Virus record (IMG/VR): IMGVR_UViG_3300031519_000002
Direction: 5' to 3' (one strand)
Origin: a virus
DNA length: 64,000 nt
The notes under the pieces are model-generated. The model was given only the letters and a program-made list of their open reading frames with translations. It did no database searches and was not told where the DNA came from. A program made the position numbers and the translations under genes. Below are positions 19,570-28,902 of the stretch, in pieces (position 1 is the stretch's first letter; each line of letters opens with the position of its first letter).

Positions 19570-20664
19570 CTACTCCTGTCCTGTAAGTTCTAATTCAACA
19601 TTATCGTTAATATCAACATCAACGACTTCTTCGGTATTTACCACAGGCTTCATCTTCTCGTTATATTCCATCATAATCGAGTCAAGTTTGCCACCGATCA
19701 TCCATGCTTTACGATATTCAAGAATCTCTTCGCCTGCTAGATTAATGTACTTGAGTCGATTGCCTTGCTTAACTAACAAGTTCTTCTTCTCAAACAATTC
19801 AACCAAACCACTGTACGGATTCATACCAGTCTCATAAGGAATCTTAACTTGCACACCTTCGAAAGGTTTTGCATAGCGTGTCTTCATTACTTTACAACCA
19901 GCACGTATACCCATAACTTCTGAGATTTTATTACCGTCTTCATCTTCTTTCAACTTCATCTTTTTCATTGCAACAACAATACTTGATGCATAGATAAAGC
20001 CTGCGCCACCACTAATCTTATCATCTGGATCAAACATATCCTGTGATGCATAAGTGTGGTTAGTACATACTAAGCCTACGTTAAGTGAGCCAATCATGTT
20101 AACTGTGTTACGAACAAGTGAAGTCAACGCCTTAGGCTTACGACCCATATCACCTTTCATATCACCCTTGTTAAACTGATCAACGTCAGTAGGTGTTAGT
20201 AGCATACCCAACGAGTCAATAACAAACAATACTTTAGGACGATCTTCTTCATCCATAGCACGATAGTCGTTAACAAATGTTGAGATAGTTTTTGCCACAT
20301 CGTCAATCATACTCATATTAAGTTTGAGTAACTTCTCTGGACTTGTGTCTACTTGTAGAGCTTGTAGCCAGCTTTCGTCAAGTGCATTTTCTGTGTCAAT
20401 TAATACTACAAAAATGTCTTGGTCTTGTGCGTGTTTTACAATATTGCCAGCGCAGAAATAACTCTTACCTGCTCCTGATTCACCTGCAAACACTGTAACC
20501 TTACCTAGCGGAACACCTTTGTGAAAGTCTCCTGAGATAAGATAGTTTAGTGCGTATGAACCTGTTGAAATCCAATCTGTAGGATCGTTAAAGCCTGAGC
20601 TCATACCTGTTATGCTTTTTGTTAAGTCCTTACGGAACTTACTTACGTCAAATGATTTAGCCAT
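19570..20664 (-). CDS. uvsX: RecA/UvsX recombinase
   Basis: GESGAGKS Walker A, IDTENA, VIDSLG, TNHTY, SGG. Confidence 0.93.
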   Translation of the reverse strand: MAKSFDVSKFRKDLTKSITGMSSGFNDPTDWISTGSYALNYLISGDFHKGVPLGKVTVFAGESGAGKSYFCAGNIVKHAQDQDIFVVLIDTENALDESWLQALQVDTSPEKLLKLNMSMIDDVAKTISTFVNDYRAMDEEDRPKVLFVIDSLGMLLTPTDVDQFNKGDMKGDMGRKPKALTSLVRNTVNMIGSLNVGLVCTNHTYASQDMFDPDDKISGGAGFIYASSIVVAMKKMKLKEDEDGNKISEVMGIRAGCKVMKTRYAKPFEGVQVKIPYETGMNPYSGLVELFEKKNLLVKQGNRLKYINLAGEEILEYRKAWMIGGKLDSIMMEYNEKMKPVVNTEEVVDVDINDNVELELTGQE

Positions 20665-20685
20665 TGTTACTCCTTATAAAAGCTA

Positions 20686-20711
20686 ATGTAGGGGACGTTA
20701 ATCCCCTACAT
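20686..20711 (-). terminator. Stem-loop between ssb and uvsX (weak terminator or processing site)
   Basis: ATGTAGGGGA-6 nt loop-TCCCCTACAT perfect 10-bp stem; short U tract. Confidence 0.6.
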
Positions 20712-20726
20712 GGTTATTTTAACTTA

Positions 20727-21716
20727 TTAAGACTGTCTTGAACGGATCATTGCAAGAATGTCTTCAGCTTTATTTTCACCTGCTGGTGCCGCCGCCGGAG
20801 TTGCCTCTGGAGTTGGAGCCGCTTCTGCTACTGGAGCAGTTGGAGCCGCTTCTGCTACTGGAGCAGTCGGAGCTGGTGTTGCTGGAGTTGTTGCTACTGG
20901 AGCGCGGTTTTGTGGATCACCGGTTCTAGCCGCCATTCCTGCTGGACGGAAGTATTGGCCAAAGCGTTCCATGTCGTATGCTTCACCGTCTACTGACGCT
21001 TCAAACATCTCTTTCATCACTTTAACTTCAATGTCACTTGGCTTCTTTGGAAGAAAGTCACTCATATTAAACAATCCGTTAGTGTTAACACCGTTCATTT
21101 CAGCATCAGTTAATGGACGCTCTCTACGAGCCCAATTTGATGTTGAATAATCTGCGTATCCACCTTTAGATGTTTTGTTAAGACGGAAGTCTACACCAGC
21201 AGTATAATCTGTTGGTAATTCTTCCATGTCTGGATCCATAAGTGCCTGCTTAATGATCTGAAAGATCTGCGGGCCAATAATGAATCTACGTACTGGATTT
21301 TCTGGTGACTCTTCTTGTAGAACGTTATCTACTACAAAGCCTTGGAACACATACGAACGCTTCTTCCAATATTTACGACCCATATCTTCAAGTGTAGGAT
21401 CTTTGAACCATGCACGTACTTCGTTAAGAATATCGCATGTTTCACCGTACATTTCCATACATGGAATTTGTACTTGTACTGGACGTGAGTCTGTCTCACC
21501 TTTGATACCCGCAAATGGTAGCTTGATCATCAAACGTTCTTTCCAAAAGAAAGTGTTTGTGTCATCGCCGTCTGGTAGGAATCGCAGAGTTGAACTCTGT
21601 CCTTCTTGCATGTTCCAAAATGGGTAAATTGCGTTGTCACCGCCTGAACGATTGTTACCGCCGGTGTTTGTTTCTTGTTCCTTGAGCTTCGCTCGGATTT
21701 CTGCTAATGATGCCAT
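20727..21716 (-). CDS. gp32-like single-stranded DNA-binding protein
   Basis: LRFLPD, C..(8)C, RKYWKKRSY, G.DFRL.K, YADYSTS; adjacent to uvsX. Confidence 0.88.
   Translation of the reverse strand: MASLAEIRAKLKEQETNTGGNNRSGGDNAIYPFWNMQEGQSSTLRFLPDGDDTNTFFWKERLMIKLPFAGIKGETDSRPVQVQIPCMEMYGETCDILNEVRAWFKDPTLEDMGRKYWKKRSYVFQGFVVDNVLQEESPENPVRRFIIGPQIFQIIKQALMDPDMEELPTDYTAGVDFRLNKTSKGGYADYSTSNWARRERPLTDAEMNGVNTNGLFNMSDFLPKKPSDIEVKVMKEMFEASVDGEAYDMERFGQYFRPAGMAARTGDPQNRAPVATTPATPAPTAPVAEAAPTAPVAEAAPTPEATPAAAPAGENKAEDILAMIRSRQS
20811..20873. repeat. 27-bp tandem repeat (two full copies plus partial) encoding the APVAEAAPT linker of SSB
   Basis: agttggagccgcttctgctactggagc at 20811-20837 and 20838-20864. 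Confidence 0.9.
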
Positions 21717-21805
21717 AGTTTAATGCCTCCTGTTAGTGCCTATGATTTGTAGCTACATTGCTACGGTCTTACTTTAGTGCCTGTTTATATTGTAGCACAG
21801 TTACT

Positions 21806-21834
21806 ATTATATACTGTTCTACTTAGTTTGTCAA
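21806..21834 (-). promoter_or_regulatory. Sigma70 early promoter for ssb-uvsX-uvsY
   Basis: TTGACA-N17-TATAAT perfect consensus. Confidence 0.88.
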
Positions 21835-21863
21835 GTGTTATTTTGACTTAATTATGAAATAGT

Positions 21864-24023
21864 TTATCTTAATCCAGCTAAATGTTGGATTCTTGCCATT
21901 TCATCATCGTTCCCACTGAGTAATTGTGACATTACACCGTGAGCTTGTTCAACATTATGCTCGCCATAGTCTTTTTCGACTGCGGTTAGCACTGCTGTTT
22001 CACCTTTTGGAAAAGCATTTGTAGTATAATCGTACATACTCTTAATATACTCTTCTAAAGGAATCTCTTCGTTCTTTTGTTCCTGTTCGCCTTCTTCTGA
22101 CTCGTGGTCCTTGTCCTTCATCACAGTGCCATCAGGCATTGTGTGTGTAGGCTCTTTACCGAATGCCATATCTAGTAGTTTATAACCACCGTATATTGCC
22201 GCTACTACTGCCGCAATAGGAAGCGCATTACGTGCCGCCATTGTAGCAATTTGGTTAATATTTGGAATATTAGCTAGTGCGCCTTTGCCAAATGCCATTA
22301 AGTCATCTGCGCTAGACACAATTTTATCGCCAGCCGCCGCCAGTGCATCTGGTATTGCATCCATGGCATCGCCTACTTTGTCTACTACATATGCACCACC
22401 GCCTATTGCGGCTGATTTTCCTGGATTTTTAACTATTGTTTTAGCTGTGCCTGCAACACCTTTGCCTGCTAAATTAGCAATAGTACTAAGTGTTTCTTTA
22501 TTGCCGCCAATTTTTGGAAGTACTTTTGCAAGTGCGCCACCAACAATTTTTAATAAATTTTCATCTAGTTGACTTTCAGCTACTAATTCTTCTAATGTAG
22601 TCTGCGGTCCACGTTCGTGATTTGAACTAGAAATAATAGTATCTAAGTGTTCAGCATAATCGTGATCCATGTCAACTACACCTTCGTCAGCATCGTGAAT
22701 CCCGTTGCCATTATCGTCAACCCAATGATCGCCATTTTCGTCGTGTACATCATGTGAACAATTTGTAGTTGGATTATGTGGTGTATCTCCGCAATCTTTA
22801 CAGTGATACTCACTACCCATAGCTTCGTTTTGTTTTGCATCTTGAGTTGTTTGATCATTTTCGCGATTAATAATAGATAAAACTACATCACTGCCAGGTC
22901 CTTGATCGCCCCAATCATCTGTAACAACATCTACTATTTTTTCAATTTTTAGTTCTGCTATTGGAAATGTTATGTTTCGATTAGTGATTGCACCAACTAC
23001 TTCATCATACCAAGAATCGATCATTTGTTCATCAGCTTCTGATCCACCTTCGCCTAATAACTCTTCCGGTCCTAGATCTACTACTTTATTTGCTTCACTT
23101 ACTAACTTATAAATGTACGGAAATACATCTTTTAATTCTTCGTTAAACTGTTTGATAGTAAGTTGAGCAGTCCAGTCAGTTGCAATGTCTTCTGGAACAT
23201 CTTCCATTACAGTTTGTTCAAAGTTTGCAAATGACTCTTTGTAATATGATTCTCTTTGAAGCATTTCTACAGTCTTCTTAACTGTATTAAGTCTTTCGTT
23301 AACTGTGTCCATATACCCTGCTAAACCTTCAGCCATTACACTTGAGCGATTCATGTATGTTTTAAATTTACGTAGGTTTGCTAATTCTTCTGAAAGACCT
23401 GTAATATGCTTGCCGAATACATCGTAAGCATTGCCACCTTCTGCAACGTGACGAGCCATTGCTCTGGCACCGTTTAAGTGTCTGAATGGATATTTAAATC
23501 TTTCACCGGCATCACTTTCAATATAAATGCTGTGTACGTTTTGTGTACGTCCTGCGGCATTTTCCATATTAACTGGGCCTGCGTGTTTAACAACTAGTCT
23601 TGCTGTTCCTACATTCTGGTAGCTAGTTCTGCTAGTACCATACATTTTTGATTCGCTCATTTGTTTCTCCGTGCTAAGGTATTCGTAATCTCGTTTATCT
23701 AAGTTTGATTTAGTAATATCTCGTGTGTCAAAATTTAACATTCTTTTCTTTGCAAATACCCGCAATTCTTTTAAGAAGTCATACCATTTAGATTTAAGTA
23801 CATTTTCGTCTTCTGAAAACAAGTCTTGCCCGTACATAATTGTAAGACTATCTTGATCAATGTTTACATTAACCTTTTTACCGTCTGCAAAATCAAATTC
23901 AAAGAATCTAGCTTCGTTAGGTTTATTAGTGATAGTTGCTGACTCGTCACCTACTGTTATGTTAGGAAAACGTCCACGTATTTTATTAAATAGTTCTGTC
24001 GAAATAGTTTCAAGGTTTTTCAT
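21864..24023 (-). CDS. Large putative virion (head-internal) protein
   Basis: 719 aa, follows terminase, late promoter, acidic with several L/I/M-x-E motifs. Confidence 0.65.
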   Translation of the reverse strand: MKNLETISTELFNKIRGRFPNITVGDESATITNKPNEARFFEFDFADGKKVNVNIDQDSLTIMYGQDLFSEDENVLKSKWYDFLKELRVFAKKRMLNFDTRDITKSNLDKRDYEYLSTEKQMSESKMYGTSRTSYQNVGTARLVVKHAGPVNMENAAGRTQNVHSIYIESDAGERFKYPFRHLNGARAMARHVAEGGNAYDVFGKHITGLSEELANLRKFKTYMNRSSVMAEGLAGYMDTVNERLNTVKKTVEMLQRESYYKESFANFEQTVMEDVPEDIATDWTAQLTIKQFNEELKDVFPYIYKLVSEANKVVDLGPEELLGEGGSEADEQMIDSWYDEVVGAITNRNITFPIAELKIEKIVDVVTDDWGDQGPGSDVVLSIINRENDQTTQDAKQNEAMGSEYHCKDCGDTPHNPTTNCSHDVHDENGDHWVDDNGNGIHDADEGVVDMDHDYAEHLDTIISSSNHERGPQTTLEELVAESQLDENLLKIVGGALAKVLPKIGGNKETLSTIANLAGKGVAGTAKTIVKNPGKSAAIGGGAYVVDKVGDAMDAIPDALAAAGDKIVSSADDLMAFGKGALANIPNINQIATMAARNALPIAAVVAAIYGGYKLLDMAFGKEPTHTMPDGTVMKDKDHESEEGEQEQKNEEIPLEEYIKSMYDYTTNAFPKGETAVLTAVEKDYGEHNVEQAHGVMSQLLSGNDDEMARIQHLAGLR

Positions 24024-24028
24024 ATTAA

Positions 24029-24035
24029 TATTTAT
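24029..24035 (-). promoter_or_regulatory. Late promoter, leaderless spacing
   Basis: ATAAATA-ttaat-ATG, overlapping the terminase stop codon. Confidence 0.7.
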
Positions 24036-25618
24036 CCATAACCGCCACTAATGAAGATAGGCATTGGCGGCTCGTAGTCACTTTCGTTATCTGCTTGTGT
24101 AAAGGTATTATAGATTCTTGGATCCCAGTCTTTAAGTACTGCCATCATGCGCAATGCAAGTAGCGTAGCACTAACTAAGTCGTCATTAGATCCTGGTTTA
24201 GCACCAAAACTTGTACCAGTAGCAACATATGCTTTTAATTCTGATAATAATGCGGCACTGTTAATAGTAATTTTGTCGTTCTCGATCATTGTTTTAAGTC
24301 TACTACATGCTGTAATTTTAGTACCATGTGTAGTGTTAAATCCTTTACGGAACTTTCTCACATGTCCTTTGCGCATAGGTTCACTTACAAATAACCCTGG
24401 AATGTTTTCTTCACCTACATCATTAATAACAATTAATGCGGCTTCGCCAATACTGTTGTTTTCAACACTCCAGTATATGTTACTGCCATTTGTTCCGCAA
24501 CTGTCTTTTAGGTGTGTACATATATCTTTTAGTATCCTAATTTGTGCAGGAATAGGAGTTTCGTTATGGCGCCATTCTCCAATTTGTTTATAACTAGGAA
24601 GCTCAAATATTTGTATGGCCGCAAAGTCACCACCTGTACCCATACTTGGATCTAGTGCTACTGCATAATTTTCATCAGGAGTAGGCTTTCCAAACCAACG
24701 TGTTTGCCCCATATTTAATATAGGAGTAGTTGATTCCATTGATGCTAACTTAATACTATTAATTAATGTTTCGTCGAATACAAGGAATTCACAGCCATAC
24801 TCACGACGGAACTTTTCTTCACCAATTCGACCAATTTCGTTACGCTTCCATTCTTCGTCTCTATCTGGATGCTCGTCCCAACTACAGGTAAATCCATGAA
24901 ATCCGTTTGAGCCGATGTTGCCTTCGTTACCGTGTGCATCAAACTTGTTTTGCGATTCTTTCCAGATAATAGCAAATGTATCTTCATCACTGTTTGGTGT
25001 ACTTGTAATAATAGCGCGGCCACCTGTTGCTAGTGTAGGCGATATTGATGTCCAAAATTCTTCTGCAATGTTTGGATTAACAAATGCAAACTCGTCACAG
25101 TATAGTAATGATATGGACATACCACGTCCTGTATTACCTGTTGTGGTAGCACTAACAATACGAGAACCGTTTTCAAATTCCATACTACCTTTGTTGTAGT
25201 TTGTAACACCTGCACGTATATGGTCTGGACAACTTTCGTATACATACCTAATACGTTGCATAATTTCTTGTGCGCCTGTGTACTTGTGTGCGGCAATTAG
25301 AATAGTTTGATCTGCAAAAAACATTGCATACCAAGCAAGGTATATTGCGGCAGTAGTAGTCTTTCCTGTTTGTCTTGGTAACATGTTAACATTAAATCTA
25401 TGATCGTGATAAGATTTAAGTAGTCGTGTTTGGTACTCAAATGGATCAAACAATAGTTTACCTTTTACAGGATGCTGAATAAAAGAAAACTTTCTAGCAA
25501 AGTGCATGTATCCGTTAACAGGATCCATACATTTCATTAAGTCTTCAACTTGTGCATCCGTAAATGTTTCTGTTTTATTCGCCTTCTTGATTAAGACGCC
25601 GTCTAATGATGTACTCAT
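24032..25618 (-). CDS. terL: Terminase large subunit (T4 gp17-like)
   Basis: PRQTGKTT, LLYCDEFAF, TSTPN, FRREYGCEF, DPSMG, VENN, NDDLV. Confidence 0.96.
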   Translation of the reverse strand: MSTSLDGVLIKKANKTETFTDAQVEDLMKCMDPVNGYMHFARKFSFIQHPVKGKLLFDPFEYQTRLLKSYHDHRFNVNMLPRQTGKTTTAAIYLAWYAMFFADQTILIAAHKYTGAQEIMQRIRYVYESCPDHIRAGVTNYNKGSMEFENGSRIVSATTTGNTGRGMSISLLYCDEFAFVNPNIAEEFWTSISPTLATGGRAIITSTPNSDEDTFAIIWKESQNKFDAHGNEGNIGSNGFHGFTCSWDEHPDRDEEWKRNEIGRIGEEKFRREYGCEFLVFDETLINSIKLASMESTTPILNMGQTRWFGKPTPDENYAVALDPSMGTGGDFAAIQIFELPSYKQIGEWRHNETPIPAQIRILKDICTHLKDSCGTNGSNIYWSVENNSIGEAALIVINDVGEENIPGLFVSEPMRKGHVRKFRKGFNTTHGTKITACSRLKTMIENDKITINSAALLSELKAYVATGTSFGAKPGSNDDLVSATLLALRMMAVLKDWDPRIYNTFTQADNESDYEPPMPIFISGGYG

Positions 25619-25623
25619 ACTAC

Positions 25624-25630
25624 TATTTAC
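25624..25630 (-). promoter_or_regulatory. Late promoter, leaderless spacing
   Basis: GTAAATA-gtagt-ATG. Confidence 0.7.
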
Positions 25631-25632
25631 TC

Positions 25633-25659
25633 AAAAAAATAGAGCCCGGAGGCTCTATT
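25633..25659 (-). terminator. Rho-independent terminator
   Basis: AATAGAGCC-TCCG-GGCTCTATT followed by a T run on the minus strand. Confidence 0.85.
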
Positions 25660-25684
25660 GAAATAATACTACTATTTGTAATTG

Positions 25685-26098
25685 TTATGTTGCTGTTAGT
25701 GTTGCGGCCGCTGTTACTAGTGACCCACTTGTATCAATTGTATTTGGTCCAACTGCTGTAACTGTACTTGTCGGATAGTTTGCCGCTTTACCAATTATTC
25801 TAATACGACTTTGTATATCACCTGCTGATGCACTTGAATCACATACAACAGTCATTGTACCACTGTTGTCGTTAGTAGTCATATACACTATAGGATTAAT
25901 TTCTCTAACAATAGCTTCTACTGTTTCAATAGCAATAACACTAGGAGATCCAGCGTTCTCTGCATCATCTTCTGCTCTTAGATCAACTGCTGTACCGTTT
26001 GCAATTTTTACTAAAATTTTAAATGCTTTTGCTCCCGGAGTATATACTGTACCAGCCGCTACTTGTAACGATCCTGTTTTTCTTGCTATAGCTACCAT
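25685..26098 (-). CDS. Putative small virion structural protein
   Basis: 137 aa, Ala/Thr/Val-rich, GAGGAG SD, in late cluster. Confidence 0.6.
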   Translation of the reverse strand: MVAIARKTGSLQVAAGTVYTPGAKAFKILVKIANGTAVDLRAEDDAENAGSPSVIAIETVEAIVREINPIVYMTTNDNSGTMTVVCDSSASAGDIQSRIRIIGKAANYPTSTVTAVGPNTIDTSGSLVTAAATLTAT

Positions 26099-26985
26099 TA
26101 GTTATTCTCCTCAGCGTTATCTTTAATGTCTTGCTTAACCTCAGCATAGTCTGCGCCAGGGTATTTCTTCTCAAATTCTGCTTTGCTCATGCCTTCTTCG
26201 CAATCCTGCATCATGGCTTTTACACCGCCTTCTTTAACAATAGATTCGCCTGTGTACTCTTTGTATAATGTAGAAAGCTCTTCTTTAATCTTACTTGCTA
26301 GTGCCATTGGATTGTCTCCACCTGCTACTGGTGCATGTGATTTCTTAGATTTGTTAAGATCTGTGCCGCCTCTAATTACGTCACTTACATCACCGTACTG
26401 CTCATCTGGTGCGTTAGCATAGTCTTCATCAGTTTCTTCGCCAGTAACTTTATCACCTAATGCTCCGCCGATTGCCGCGCCTGCTACTTTTGGAGCCATT
26501 TTACCTGCAATGCCACCTAATGCTCCGCCGATTGCCGCGCCAGCTGGGCCAGCCAAACTTCCTAGTGCCGCACCTGCTTTTGCACCCATAGCACCTGTTG
26601 CAGTCGAAGCTACTCCGCCTGTTGCTGTATCCAGTGCGTCTGCACCCGCCGCTCCTGCGGCACCGCCTGCTAGTGTTCCTAGTACGCCTGCTTGTAGATC
26701 TTGGTCACCTGGTACATTGTCTTGTCCTGGAATACCCGGATCATCATTTGCACCGTCTACGGTTGCTCTAAATTTTTCAATGTCTGCTCTTGGATTAAGT
26801 GAATGCATTGCATCTACTGGCTTTGCGTCCATGCCAGCGTTACGCATCATTGCCATAAGCTGACCAACTTGTCCTGCGTCATCTGCTGTCATTGAGATGT
26901 TCATTGATGCAGATTCTGTTAGTTCTTGTTTTTTGCTAGGTGCGTCAATAGCATCCATTTTAGCAATCATGTCTTTAATGTTCAT
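26098..26985 (-). CDS. Putative virion-internal protein with glycine-zipper segment
   Basis: ELTES and IVKEG motifs; GAAIGGALG repeats. Confidence 0.6.
   Translation of the reverse strand: MNIKDMIAKMDAIDAPSKKQELTESASMNISMTADDAGQVGQLMAMMRNAGMDAKPVDAMHSLNPRADIEKFRATVDGANDDPGIPGQDNVPGDQDLQAGVLGTLAGGAAGAAGADALDTATGGVASTATGAMGAKAGAALGSLAGPAGAAIGGALGGIAGKMAPKVAGAAIGGALGDKVTGEETDEDYANAPDEQYGDVSDVIRGGTDLNKSKKSHAPVAGGDNPMALASKIKEELSTLYKEYTGESIVKEGGVKAMMQDCEEGMSKAEFEKKYPGADYAEVKQDIKDNAEENN
26454..26541. repeat. 28-bp direct repeat with 60-bp period (GAAIGGALG twice)
   Basis: cacctaatgctccgccgattgccgcgcc at 26454 and 26514. Confidence 0.9.
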
Positions 26986-27539
26986 TATTTACTCCCTACT
27001 GGTGAAACAGTATTTTCTTTATCAGTAATGTCTTTACCTTCGCCAGGCTTAACATCTTGTATTGGATCAGCTCTTCCTGAGCGTGTACTTTCAAGTTCTT
27101 TTAGTAGTTCCATAACTCTATTTGAACCTACTTGTTCTTGAGCATTTGGATCGCCGCCCATGTCTTCTGTTTCTAGTTTACTAACATATGGCGTTTCATC
27201 GTCAATTTCTTGATATGCGATTCTTGGATCATTCTTTGTTCTTACAATAACCATTGCTCTATCTAAAGTGCAACACATTGACAAATATTCCGATAGTACT
27301 TCTGGCGTACTTGGATAGTTTAATCCCGCTTCCCAGTAAGTAACTTCGCAATTTTGTAGTTGTGGAAAATCTAGTGGTTTTTCTTGTATTGGGGTTTTCT
27401 TTCCTGCACCAAGAGAGTTTACACTGAATTTTTGTAGTGCAGTTTCCATGGTATCTTCAAAGCCCTCAGGTAACTCGCCTGCTACGCCAATTGAAAATTC
27501 ATATACTTTTTTTGCTTCTGTTAGATATTTGTTAAACAT
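26985..27539 (-). CDS. Putative head-associated structural protein
   Basis: N-terminal MFNKYLTEA resembles T4-type prohead-protease substrates; late promoter upstream. Confidence 0.55.
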   Translation of the reverse strand: MFNKYLTEAKKVYEFSIGVAGELPEGFEDTMETALQKFSVNSLGAGKKTPIQEKPLDFPQLQNCEVTYWEAGLNYPSTPEVLSEYLSMCCTLDRAMVIVRTKNDPRIAYQEIDDETPYVSKLETEDMGGDPNAQEQVGSNRVMELLKELESTRSGRADPIQDVKPGEGKDITDKENTVSPVGSK

Positions 27540-27559
27540 AATGATCCGTCCTTATAAAA

Positions 27560-28051
27560 TTATTTATCCATATTCTTTAGTTTTTCAAGTAAACTGTTCC
27601 GATCTGTTACAATATACCCTTCACCATTAAGTACATCACCCTCACCTGGAGCCTTGCCATCCTTGTCCATTTTTTCTTTTTTAAGCTGTAAGTCAATCAT
27701 TTTTAGTTTTTTATCTAGCTTTGCTACCTTAGCATCCAAACTAGTCTTCAACATTCCGCCTGCAACTTCAAAAACTCTGCCGCTATAACGACTTTCAACA
27801 TTCATTCCTAGATCCATTAGATCATCATATGCATCCATAGCCTTTTGTGCAATTTCATTTAGCTCTTTATCAGCCATTTCGCCAAGGCCTTTTACAGCTG
27901 GTAATGCACCTGCAATTTTGTCAAACTCTGCAATGTCTCTAAGAGTTTCATTCTGGAGTTCAATTACTTCTTTTTTGTCTTTTTTCTTATCTTCCTTGAT
28001 AATGTCTTTACTATCAGGCAAGTCTAGGAGTTCTTCTAATTTCTTTGTCAT
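27560..28051 (-). CDS. Helical protein, candidate terminase small subunit
   Basis: 163 aa coiled-coil pattern ending DRNSLLEKLK; near terL and gp4-like gene; function is inference. Confidence 0.45.
   Translation of the reverse strand: MTKKLEELLDLPDSKDIIKEDKKKDKKEVIELQNETLRDIAEFDKIAGALPAVKGLGEMADKELNEIAQKAMDAYDDLMDLGMNVESRYSGRVFEVAGGMLKTSLDAKVAKLDKKLKMIDLQLKKEKMDKDGKAPGEGDVLNGEGYIVTDRNSLLEKLKNMDK
27561..27567 (-). promoter_or_regulatory. Late promoter
   Basis: ATAAATA ~21 nt upstream of the ATG at 27539. Confidence 0.6.
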
Positions 28052-28077
28052 TATACTCTCACATTAACTGCTACTAT

Positions 28078-28084
28078 TATTTAT
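28078..28084 (-). promoter_or_regulatory. Late promoter
   Basis: ATAAATA overlapping the stop of the gp4-like gene. Confidence 0.6.
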
Positions 28085-28518
28085 CGTTTTCCTTGATGGA
28101 ACATGTCCTTTTCTGTAATAACTCTAAAACTAATGCCTTTAGACTTACAGTATGCCCTTGCGGCTTCCCATTTGGCGGCATTTAAAATAGCGTGTGCTTG
28201 ATTGTGTTTTGATTTACCAGCATTTTCCATAGTAGTTTGGTTATCAGGTTTTACTTCTATAAGCTCAACCATATTTTTACCTTTTTTAGTTTTATATTGT
28301 ATGAAAAAGTCAGGTACGTAAATAGTGTGACGTCCTGTTAATGGATTTCTATAAGGAATTTTTACTGCTTCACTGGCCCATGCTTGTATAGCAGGATTTT
28401 CATCACAAAATTTCATAAAATGAAACTCCCAACTACTACGATAAGTTGGTGATTTTTTGCCTACGTATTTTTCTGCATGTTTAGGAGTAAATTTACCGGA
28501 TGCATATTTGCGTGCCAT
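28081..28518 (-). CDS. Head completion nuclease (T4 gp4-like, TnsA fold)
   Basis: KYVG, YRSSWE, WASE, YVPDF, EVKP, N.AKWEAA. Confidence 0.9.
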   Translation of the reverse strand: MARKYASGKFTPKHAEKYVGKKSPTYRSSWEFHFMKFCDENPAIQAWASEAVKIPYRNPLTGRHTIYVPDFFIQYKTKKGKNMVELIEVKPDNQTTMENAGKSKHNQAHAILNAAKWEAARAYCKSKGISFRVITEKDMFHQGKR

Positions 28519-28521
28519 GGG

Positions 28522-28887
28522 TTACCCCATTATGTTTCTTGATTCTACTGCACTAGCCGTGTTATCGACTCTAAATCCCATAGTGCTAATTTTCTCTCTA
28601 TTAAAATTAATAACAGAAGCAACAGCATAACTTAGCTGTAGTTTTTCTAATCCTTTAAGAGTATCTAATAATTCAAATACTTTTATGTTATCAATTTTTG
28701 CTTGTTGTAATAATACTGCTCCAGTTGACTGTGCGGCACTAGTACCAAACCCTTTTGATTCTAAAAAACCAATTACAGCATCAACTTCGTTACTAGGATA
28801 AGCTAATTGCTTTTGATAGTACGTGTTGAAATAGCGTTTAACATCTTCTTCTTTGTTAGAGATCGACTTTGGTAAATTTAATGACAT
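28522..28887 (-). CDS. Hypothetical protein in tail/baseplate cluster
   Basis: 121 aa ORF with AGGAG SD. Confidence 0.65.
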   Translation of the reverse strand: MSLNLPKSISNKEEDVKRYFNTYYQKQLAYPSNEVDAVIGFLESKGFGTSAAQSTGAVLLQQAKIDNIKVFELLDTLKGLEKLQLSYAVASVINFNREKISTMGFRVDNTASAVESRNIMG

Positions 28888-28902
28888 ATTATTCTCCTTC
28901 TC

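Noticed and set aside
20811-20873. CRISPR-like repeats (also 26454-26541 and 62779/63631)
   Set aside because: Only two copies each, in frame within coding sequence, with no spacer array or cas genes
28081-28518. TnsA-like transposase
   Set aside because: Motifs and context match T4 gp4-like head completion nuclease; no TnsB/TnsC or terminal repeats
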